From Candidatus Acetothermia bacterium (GTDB lineage: Bacteria > Bipolaricaulota > Bipolaricaulia > M55B111): a stretch of DNA of 16,896 bases. Positions within the stretch are counted from its first letter, which is position 1, and every line of letters starts with the position of its first letter. This document shows positions 9,263 to 15,924 of the stretch, one piece after another. The notes under the pieces were generated by a model, which made no database searches, was not told the origin of the DNA, and was given only the letters and a program-made list of their open reading frames with translations. Position numbers and translations under genes: made by a program. Where the stretch lies: NCBI GenBank assembly GCA_046543235.1, contig JBKGZT010000029.1, positions 1 through 16,896 on the forward strand, given 5' to 3'.

Positions 9263-9291
9263 TTGACCCTGGATCCGCCTGGGGCTAAAAT
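9263..9291 (+). promoter_or_regulatory. sigma70-type promoter of rnpB
   Basis: TTGACC (9263-9268), 17-nt spacer, TAAAAT (9286-9291). The predicted TSS near 9298-9299 coincides with the 5' end of helix P1. Confidence 0.8.
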
Positions 9292-9298
9292 TGATTGC

Positions 9299-9720
9299 GA
9301 TAAGGGGGAGAGGAAGCCGCGGCCCCGAGGGCCGAGGAAAGTCCGGACTCCACAGGGCAGGTCGCTGGTCAAGGTATAATTACCGTAGACCAGAGCCGGT
9401 GACGGCTGGAAAGTGCCACAGAAAAGAGACCACCAGCACTTACTTTAATATGGGCTTAGGATATTGATCTTAACTTACAGCTAAAGAGTTAGGTTTTAAT
9501 TGACCTTTTCCGCCCAAAGTCCATATTAAAGTAAGTGCTGGTAAGGGTGAAACGGTGAGGTAAAAGCTCACCGCTCCGGCCGCGAGGTTCGGAGGCACGG
9601 CAAACCCCGACCGGAGTAAAGCCAAATAGGGAGGCTGGAGCTGCCCGCTCCGTTACCTCCGGGTAGGCTGCTGAGATAGATGGCTTCCTAACACAGGATC
9701 CGGCTTAACTCCCCCTTATC
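9299..9720 (+). ncRNA. rnpB: RNase P RNA, bacterial type A
   Basis: P1 GATAAGGGGGAG (9299-9310) pairs with CTCCCCCTTATC (9709-9720); P2 is AGGAAGCC/GGCTTCCT. Conserved regions GAGGAAAGTCCGG, AGTGCCACAGAAA, GGGTGAAACGG, GGCAAACCCC and ACAGGATCCGGCTTA are present. The P6 pseudoknot GGGCA/TGCCC and helices P13, P14 and P15-P17 are identifiable. Confidence 0.97.
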
Positions 9721-9728
9721 CTTATTTC

Positions 9729-10736
9729 CTAGCTGATCGGGTAAAAATAACCGAGCAGGCCGACACCGGCTAGAACTAACTGAACTATCCATAGCCTCCC
9801 AGTGACCTTGTTTTCCGGCCACTCGGCTTTCGGCAGCAGGTAGCTGTAATCTACTCCCTCCGCCGGCTCGAAGTGGTGATGCAGGGGGCTTATCTTGAAG
9901 ACCCTTTCCCCCGTGCTCTTGTAGTAGAGAACCTGGATCATCACTGAGAACGTATCAAGAGCGAAAAGACCTCCGAAAAAAGGCAGTAAAAGCTCCGTGC
10001 GTGTAACTAGCGCGGCGGTCGCTATTATTCCACCCAGCGCAAATGCTCCTGTATCCCCGAGGAAGAGTTCGGCGGGATAAAAGTTGTACCAGAGGAAACC
10101 GAAAATCCCGGCAATGGAGATAAAAAGAATTGGTAGCAATTCTGTAAAACCTATTACTGCAAAAGTAACCAGTGAAATCACCGCCGCCCCACCGGCTAGA
10201 CCGTCAAGCCCGTCCGTCAGGTTGACCGCATTGACGGTCCCGATCAGGACGAAGGCCGTCAGGGGGTAATAAGCGACGGTCGGTACGAGTAATTCTCCGC
10301 GGCTAAATGGAAGTATGAGCCTGTTTGGCTCTTCGAGCAGCAATAGGGACAGGAAAATCAGTGAAAGGGATACGATTAGCTGTAACAGTATTTTTTCCCC
10401 CGGCTTCAATCCCCGGGATTGTTCGTTTAAAATGCTCAGCAGGTCGTCAGCACAGCCGACGAGTCCGAAGCCAAACCCCCCAAGAAGAAAGAGAGGTAAG
10501 TAGTTCCTAACCGCGGGTAAATAAAACCATAGAAATGGGGACGAGAAACCCACGGCGGCCAGAATCGCCAGCCCTCCCATGGTTGGTGTACCGCTCTTGT
10601 GTTCGTGCAGGTTCGGACCCCAGCTCCTTATCTGCTGGCCGATACCTTCTTCGGACATGATCCTGATCATGAGGCCAGAGGCCGTTATTGAAATCCCTAA
10701 GGAGACTAGGCATAGGACGAAGGTAGTCAAAACCAA
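9729..10736 (-). CDS. mraY: phospho-N-acetylmuramoyl-pentapeptide transferase
   Basis: Motifs GQQIR..GP..H..KSGTPTMGG, GCADD, NAVNLTDGLDGLA, FLGDTGA and PLHHHFE. AGGTGA SD precedes a TTG start. Confidence 0.96.
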   Translation of the reverse strand: MVLTTFVLCLVSLGISITASGLMIRIMSEEGIGQQIRSWGPNLHEHKSGTPTMGGLAILAAVGFSSPFLWFYLPAVRNYLPLFLLGGFGFGLVGCADDLLSILNEQSRGLKPGEKILLQLIVSLSLIFLSLLLLEEPNRLILPFSRGELLVPTVAYYPLTAFVLIGTVNAVNLTDGLDGLAGGAAVISLVTFAVIGFTELLPILFISIAGIFGFLWYNFYPAELFLGDTGAFALGGIIATAALVTRTELLLPFFGGLFALDTFSVMIQVLYYKSTGERVFKISPLHHHFEPAEGVDYSYLLPKAEWPENKVTGRLWIVQLVLAGVGLLGYFYPIS

Positions 10737-10768
10737 GTCTATTCACCTGTAGTTAAGCGGGAGTCATG

Positions 10769-10800
10769 AAAAAACCGGTGAAAGCGGGAAATCCGGGTTT
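10769..10800 (-). terminator. weak possible terminator or attenuator hairpin between gatA and mraY
   Basis: Minus strand reads AAACCCGG, a 14-nt loop, then CCGGTTTTTT. The stem is short and the loop large. Confidence 0.3.
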
Positions 10801-10806
10801 GGTTGT

Positions 10807-12213
10807 TCAAAAAGCCCTTTCAAAAGCATGGCCGGCTCGGAGAATTTCCTTTTCGGCCAAGCTATCCCCGATTATCTGCATGCCGACAGGTAAACCGTCT
10901 ACCTCCCCGGCCGGCATGGACATGGCCGGCAGTCCTGCCAGGTTGACCGGGACGTTAAAGACGTCCGAGAGGTACATCTCTAGCGGGTCGTCTATTTTGT
11001 CCCCGATTTCAAACGCCGGAGTCGGCGAAGTGGGGGCAGCTATCAGGTCTACCGATTCGAACGCACGGTCGAAGTCCTCTTTTATCAGCCTTCTGACTTT
11101 CTGGGCTTTGCCATAGTACTCGTCGTAATAGCCGGCTGAGAGCGCGTAAGTTCCAAGTAGTATCCTTCGTTTGACCTCCGGACCAAAGCCCTCGTCCCGG
11201 CTCTTCGAAAAGAGCTCGTCGATGGAGTCGGTATCCGCTCTGCTGGTGTATCTGACGCCGTCGAAACGTGCCAAATTGGCACTTGCCTCCGAGCTGGCTA
11301 TCAGATAATAGGTGGCGATCGCGTATTCGCTATGGGGAAGAGAAACTTCCGCTACCTCCGCTCCGAGGTCCTCAAACGTTTCCCGCCACTTCTTCCCTTT
11401 TTCCCTGATGCTAGCGTCCAGCTCCTCGCCGAAGTATTCTTCCGGAAAGCCGACCTTGAGCCCCAATATTCCCCGATTGATCCCGGAGGTGTAGTCCGGA
11501 GTATCTTTTACGGCAGAAGTAGAATCCATCTCGTCGTAACCGGCAAGATAGTTCAGCAGGAGGGCTGCGTCGTAGACGTCCTTGGTGATCGGTCCGATCT
11601 GGTCCAGTGAGGACGCGAAAGCCGTGAGGCCATAACGGGATACCAGGCCGTAAGTAGGTTTCAGTCCTACGACCCCACAGAATGAAGCAGGGTGGCGGAC
11701 GGAACCGCCCGTATCGGAACCGAGGGCGTAGATTGCCTCGTCGGCAGCTACCGCGGCCGCCGAGCCTCCTGACGAACCTCCAGGCACACGCGATAGGTCT
11801 CGAGGGTTCCTGGTGGTCTGAAAGTAGGAGTTTTCCGTAGAGGAACCCATCGCGAACTCGTCCATGTTGGCCTTGCCGAGGACGGGAGAGCCGGCCTCTT
11901 TCAGGGACTTGATAACAGTGGCGTCATAGACGGACTCGTAGTCCTTCAAGAACCTGGACCCGCAGGTCGTCTTGAAACCGAGTGTCTGTATGTTGTCCTT
12001 TATCGTCCCCGGTACTCCTTTTAACGGCCTGTCCAAAAATTCCCTTGCCGCTTCTAGTAGTTCTTCCTTGCCGGCCAGTTCCAGGTAGGCCTGGACGTTC
12101 TCCTCGACGTCGTCTATTTGTTCAAACAGGTCGTCGTAGAGCTCGTCCAACCTGTCGGGTTCGTCTTCCAGCAAATCCAGGGTCTCGTGTAAAGTCAGCT
12201 TGTTTAGGTTGAT
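10807..12213 (-). CDS. gatA: Asp/Glu-tRNA(Asn/Gln) amidotransferase subunit A
   Basis: Amidase triad motifs IKDN, GGSSGGS and GSDTGGS, plus GatA-specific [29 protein letters not shown] and [10 protein letters not shown]. The start is placed at ATC 12213, 7 nt after GGGAGGT; the ORF track uses TTG 12174. Confidence 0.95.
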   Translation of the reverse strand: MNLNKLTLHETLDLLEDEPDRLDELYDDLFEQIDDVEENVQAYLELAGKEELLEAAREFLDRPLKGVPGTIKDNIQTLGFKTTCGSRFLKDYESVYDATVIKSLKEAGSPVLGKANMDEFAMGSSTENSYFQTTRNPRDLSRVPGGSSGGSAAAVAADEAIYALGSDTGGSVRHPASFCGVVGLKPTYGLVSRYGLTAFASSLDQIGPITKDVYDAALLLNYLAGYDEMDSTSAVKDTPDYTSGINRGILGLKVGFPEEYFGEELDASIREKGKKWRETFEDLGAEVAEVSLPHSEYAIATYYLIASSEASANLARFDGVRYTSRADTDSIDELFSKSRDEGFGPEVKRRILLGTYALSAGYYDEYYGKAQKVRRLIKEDFDRAFESVDLIAAPTSPTPAFEIGDKIDDPLEMYLSDVFNVPVNLAGLPAMSMPAGEVDGLPVGMQIIGDSLAEKEILRAGHAFERAF

Positions 12214-12322
12214 CGTAACTACCTCCCGGAATAGTCAATGTTTCTAAATGGGTTCCGACCAGGAACGGATTACCGGTCAATGGTTTTTTCAAAAATAAGG
12301 TCTTTCTAGCCGTTCGACAACT

Positions 12323-12350
12323 ATTATAACGTTTGGGTATACGCGTTCAA
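12323..12350 (-). promoter_or_regulatory. putative sigma70 promoter for gatA(-mraY)
   Basis: Minus strand TTGAAC (12350-12345), 16-nt spacer, TATAAT (12328-12323). Confidence 0.6.
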
Positions 12351-12352
12351 AC

Positions 12353-12460
12353 TTACAAACCCTCAGATCTTTCAGCTCCTCGGTCATGGTTTGATTTTCC
12401 GGTAAGAAAGTTCGCCTTCAGTTCCCGACACTTTCTTGCCGGAACCCGGTCGTCGGACAT
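12353..12460 (-). CDS. small hypothetical ORF (35 aa) or gene remnant
   Basis: MSDDRVPARKCRELKANFLTGKSNHDRGAERSEGL*, preceded by a strong SD GGAGGAGG (12475-12468) at 7-nt spacing. No family is recognisable. Confidence 0.35.
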   Translation of the reverse strand: MSDDRVPARKCRELKANFLTGKSNHDRGAERSEGL

Positions 12461-12533
12461 ATGTGGTCCTCCTCCAGGGCTTTCTGGCCCGACTAGTACG
12501 ATCGTAAGTTTGATTTAAAACTCTGAATTGGAT

Positions 12534-12572
12534 AAAAAAAGGGAACGACCGCGGGATAGATTCCCGCGGTCG
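12534..12572 (-). terminator. Rho-independent terminator downstream of trpB2
   Basis: 11-bp perfect stem CGACCGCGGGA (12546-12556) / TCCCGCGGTCG (12562-12572) with a 5-nt loop, followed on the minus strand by TTCCCTTTTTTT. Confidence 0.8.
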
Positions 12573-12608
12573 ACGGTGTTCTAAATACCCCTCCTTCGAA
12601 ATCGACGT

Positions 12609-13919
12609 TTAGTGGTAAACGTCCTTTAGCTTCCCTTTCCGGTAGTCGTCGTAGGCCGCCATGTCGAAGTTTCCATGGCCGCTGTAGTTGAATACGATTG
12701 TCTTGTCCTCGTTTTCTTCCTTCGCCTTCTTTGCCTCGTCTATTGCTGCCTTTATCGCGTGAGCTGACTCCGGAGCAGGTATGTAACCTTCTGTGTTTGC
12801 AAAAGTCAGTGCCGCCTCGAAGATGTCCGTCTGTTCGTAGGCTTTTGGAGTCATATAACCCTTACTGTTTAGCCTGCCGACTATCGGCGCCATGCCGTGG
12901 TAGCGGAGCCCTCCCGCGTGAATTCCGTCGGGTACGAAATCGTGCCCCAGGGTGTACATGTTCATCAGCGGCGTCATTTCTCCGCTGTCGGCGAAATCGT
13001 ATCTCTGTTCGCCCTTGGTCAATGTCGGACAGGCCGTTGGTTCCGCTCCGATCATCTTTATGTCCTTTCCTTCCTCGAGTTTGTCCTTCAGGAAAGGCAA
13101 AACGAGGCCGCTGAAGTTGCTTCCACCGCCGACGCAGCCGATCAATACGTCCGGCTTCTCGCCCGCCTTCTCCAGCTGCAGTCGCGTCTCCTTTCCCAGG
13201 ACGGATTGGTGGATCATCACGTGGTTCAGGACGCTACCCAGGGAGTACTTGGCGTCGTCGGATTTGGAGGCTACCTCGATTGCTTCGCTGATTGCCATCC
13301 CGAGGGTCCCTTCCGTGTCCGGGTCCTCTTCCAGGAACTTCCTTCCGGCCTCCGTTTCTTCCGAGGGACTTGGGACAATCTCGCCGTTCCACGTTTGGAC
13401 CATCGACTTCCTGTACGGCTTCTGGTTGTAGCTGACTTTTACCATAAATACTTTTGCGTTCAGGCCAAGCTGTGACGTGGTAAAGCTAAGGGCGCTGCCC
13501 CACTGACCGGCTCCGGTCTCGGTAGTCAGGGTTTTGGTACCTTCTTGTTTTGCGTAGTAGGTCTGGGGTAATGCGGTATTCGGCTTGTGGCTGCCAGGAG
13601 GTGAAGCTCCTTCGTATTTGAAATATATGCTTGCCGGGGTTCCCAGCTTTCTTTCCAGGTTCGTTGCCCTGATTAGAGGGGTTGGTCTCCATATTTTATA
13701 GATCTCTCGCACTTCTTCCGGTATGTCTATTTCCCGCTCCCGGCTGGTTTCCAGCTCTATCGAACGTTCGGGGAAGATTTTCTTTAACTCCTCGGGCGGC
13801 ATCGGTTCCCTCGTTTCCGGGTCCAGTGGCGGTTCGAGCGGTTCGTCGAATAAAGGTATAGGGTTGAACCACGTTTTGGGTGCGTCGGCTTGATCGAGAT
13901 GGATCATCTTGTTTTCCAT
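12609..13919 (-). CDS. trpB2: tryptophan synthase beta chain type 2 (TrpB2, stand-alone, PLP-dependent)
   Basis: TrpB2-type motifs WRPTPL.RA, GSHKPN (PLP lysine), [38 protein letters not shown] and APESAHA. AGGAGGT SD. No trpA is adjacent. Confidence 0.95.
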   Translation of the reverse strand: MENKMIHLDQADAPKTWFNPIPLFDEPLEPPLDPETREPMPPEELKKIFPERSIELETSREREIDIPEEVREIYKIWRPTPLIRATNLERKLGTPASIYFKYEGASPPGSHKPNTALPQTYYAKQEGTKTLTTETGAGQWGSALSFTTSQLGLNAKVFMVKVSYNQKPYRKSMVQTWNGEIVPSPSEETEAGRKFLEEDPDTEGTLGMAISEAIEVASKSDDAKYSLGSVLNHVMIHQSVLGKETRLQLEKAGEKPDVLIGCVGGGSNFSGLVLPFLKDKLEEGKDIKMIGAEPTACPTLTKGEQRYDFADSGEMTPLMNMYTLGHDFVPDGIHAGGLRYHGMAPIVGRLNSKGYMTPKAYEQTDIFEAALTFANTEGYIPAPESAHAIKAAIDEAKKAKEENEDKTIVFNYSGHGNFDMAAYDDYRKGKLKDVYH

Positions 13920-14141
13920 TTTACATACCTCCTGTTAGGTATAATATGTGGTAAGGTCTTGATATTGGCTCAAAGCAAGGCTGTACTGGAGTAAGGTTGT
14001 CAAAGTCGAGTTACGCTATGTTTGGCGGTTCAGGGCCGCCAGGCTGGCTCCAGCTGTTCGGGAAAGAAAGAGGGCAATTTGGGGTGGATCGAAAAAACGA
14101 AGGGAAAGGAAAGGTTTGTTATCCCGCAGAGTCGGTCTTTT

Positions 14142-14183
14142 TTATTGTGGGCCGGGCCAAACCCGATCACCTAGGTTTTTCAT
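14142..14183 (-). CDS. putative Trp-containing leader peptide of trpB2 (MKNLGDRVWPGPQ)
   Basis: 13-aa uORF with a GAGGTG SD (14195-14190), directly after a good promoter, containing one TGG codon. It ends about 220 nt upstream of trpB2. Confidence 0.6.
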   Translation of the reverse strand: MKNLGDRVWPGPQ

Positions 14184-14211
14184 GTATTTCACCTCGTAAT
14201 TATTCTCGACT

Positions 14212-14240
14212 AGTATAGCGAACTTTCCTTAGTTAATCAA
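14212..14240 (-). promoter_or_regulatory. sigma70 promoter for the leader-trpB2 transcript
   Basis: Minus strand TTGATT (14240-14235), 17-nt spacer, TATACT (14217-14212). Confidence 0.75.
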
Positions 14241-14327
14241 GCTTCGATATCGAGAAGATCCTGATCCTCGTTGTCCGTTTGGCTTAAGAGGTTTCAGTAC
14301 TTAACGATTATAGTATCCATTCTGAGC

Positions 14328-14415
14328 AGCGGGGAACTCCTGGACGAGTCGGGGAATGCTTGGCCGAGCGCCAGCGAGGGAGTCTCAGGAGCCCGAACCA
14401 GGGATCTTCCAGGCT
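14328..14415 (+). ncRNA. candidate structured small RNA of unknown class
   Basis: GC-rich island in an AT-rich intergenic region with nested pairings: GGAA/TTCC, TCCTGG/CCAGGG, TCGGG/CCCGA, and hairpins TGGC/GCCA and GAG/CTC. A -10-like TATAGT/TAGTAT lies at 14309-14316. Confidence 0.45.
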
Positions 14416-14483
14416 ATTTATGGGTTTGTTAACCGTAATGCTTTGCTGGAAGATTTATGAGGAGATAAAAACTCCGTATCAGC

Positions 14484-14512
14484 TTGCATACCCCGGTAGT
14501 CTGGCTTAATAT
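14484..14512 (+). promoter_or_regulatory. putative promoter of tRNA-Ala
   Basis: TTGCAT (14484-14489), 17-nt spacer, TAATAT (14507-14512), 12 nt before the tRNA. Confidence 0.65.
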
Positions 14513-14524
14513 TATCCTCGATCT

Positions 14525-14600
14525 GGGGCCGTAGCTCAGTCGGGAGAGCGCGTGGTCGGCATCCACGAGGTCACGGGTTCGAATCCCGTCGGCTCCACCA
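14525..14600 (+). tRNA. tRNA-Ala(GGC)
   Basis: 76-nt cloverleaf: acceptor stem GGGGCCG/CGGCTCC with the G3:U70 alanine determinant, D-arm GCTC/GAGC, anticodon arm CGTGG-TCGGCAT-CCACG, T-arm ACGGG-TTCGAAT-CCCGT, and encoded ACCA. Confidence 0.95.
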
Positions 14601-14698
14601 CGATCCCTTTCATTCAGACCTTTTGCCTCTACCGACCTAATTTGATTACCGGCCAAGAAGATTATAGTCCGGATTGGTGGTGGTAAAGGAATTGAGTT

Positions 14699-15754
14699 TC
14701 ATTCTTTCTTTATTATCCTGGCCTGACTCCCCAGCGTCGCGCTCACACGATCTCCCGGAATTTCTATCGTCGCGTCGGCTCCCACCAATGCGTCGGAAAG
14801 CTCCGTGTTTACGACCTCCGTTCCGGACATGATTATCGCGTCTTCGACGTGAGAGTCCTCGACTACTACGTCTTCACCTATGGAGACGTTCGGGCCCAGC
14901 TTCGAGTTAACGACCTCCGAGTTCTCGGCCACGCGGACCGGACCACTTATCTTGCTCTTTCGGATGACGCTACCCTGGTCCGTGCCTATCTCGGATCGTT
15001 TACGCAATTCGGTATCAACCGTTTCTCCTTCTATCGAAAGGTCGGTATCGCGAAGCAGGACGTCGTTCGCTTCGATTGCATCCCCCGGTCGCCCGACGTC
15101 AAGCCACCAGCCTTCGATCTCTGATGGCGTCACCCGCCTTCCTTCTTTGATCAAGCGCGCTATTGCATCGGTTATCTCCAGTTCTCCCCTGTCGGAGGGT
15201 TCTATTTCTTCTATGGCCGGGAATATCTCCTCGGTAAACAGGTAGGTTCCGACGATTGCCAGGTTGCTCGGAGGACGGTCCGGTTTCTCGACCAGGTCGA
15301 CGACTTCCCCGCCCTCTATTTCGGCCACGCCAAACCTCTCCGGGTCCTCCACTGGTGCGAGAAGGATGGAGGCGGGCGAGTTGCTCTTTTGGAAATCGTT
15401 AACCATCTCCTCGAGTCCGGTCTGGAGAAGGTTATCCCCGAGGTATACCAGGAAAGGCTCGTCCCGGACGAAGTCCCGCGCACAGTCGACCGCGTGGGCC
15501 AGCCCCCTGGGGTCTTCCTGGTGGATATAAGTGATTGAAGCCCCCCACCTGGAGTTTCCCAGTACATCTCTGTACATCCCTTCCATTTCGGGGGATACGA
15601 CCAGGCCGATCTCGTCGATCCCTGCATCGATGACTTTTTCGACGTTGTACCGCAGAATTCTTTTGTTTGCTATCGGTATCAGGTGTTTTGGAACGGAGTA
15701 GCTTATCGGACGCATTCTCGTACCTTTCCCGGCACAGAGAAACACTCCTTTCAA
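14699..15754 (-). CDS. glucose-1-phosphate thymidylyltransferase, long form (sugar-phosphate nucleotidyltransferase with C-terminal beta-helix)
   Basis: Motifs KGVFLCAGKGTRMRP..YSVPKHL.PIANK, Q..PRGLAHAV, YLGDN, FGVAE, EKP, PS.RGELEITDAI and WW.D.G, with hexapeptide-like repeats at the C-terminus. The start is reassigned to TTG 15754 after a GAGGTG SD (15766-15761). Confidence 0.9.
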   Translation of the reverse strand: MKGVFLCAGKGTRMRPISYSVPKHLIPIANKRILRYNVEKVIDAGIDEIGLVVSPEMEGMYRDVLGNSRWGASITYIHQEDPRGLAHAVDCARDFVRDEPFLVYLGDNLLQTGLEEMVNDFQKSNSPASILLAPVEDPERFGVAEIEGGEVVDLVEKPDRPPSNLAIVGTYLFTEEIFPAIEEIEPSDRGELEITDAIARLIKEGRRVTPSEIEGWWLDVGRPGDAIEANDVLLRDTDLSIEGETVDTELRKRSEIGTDQGSVIRKSKISGPVRVAENSEVVNSKLGPNVSIGEDVVVEDSHVEDAIIMSGTEVVNTELSDALVGADATIEIPGDRVSATLGSQARIIKKE

Positions 15755-15924
15755 AACGATCACCTCGATTTGAAACCAATTATAACCCAATCTTTCACGC
15801 CTGTAAAAGTCCGTAATATGGTTTAATAAGTGGTACGAGTTGGGGGCGGACCGAACGTTGTTTTATCCCAGATGCGGGTTAAAATTGGGACGAATTCAAT
15901 TCAATTCTCGAGCGGGAGGTCAAG

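Noticed and set aside
13920-14205. T-box riboswitch upstream of trpB2
   Set aside because: No GGTGGNACC T-box motif or Stem I elements are found on the minus strand.
13997-14218. 73-aa plus-strand ORF
   Set aside because: It is antisense to the trpB2 leader and promoter, with no family features.
14328-14412. tRNA-Sec or 6S RNA
   Set aside because: There is no TCA anticodon arm or TTCGA T-loop, and the element is about half the length of a 6S RNA with no symmetric central bubble.
14429-14656. 75-aa minus-strand ORF
   Set aside because: It is an antisense shadow of tRNA-Ala.
14525-14700. Integrative element at tRNA-Ala
   Set aside because: No integrase and no duplicated tRNA 3' end were seen in the window.
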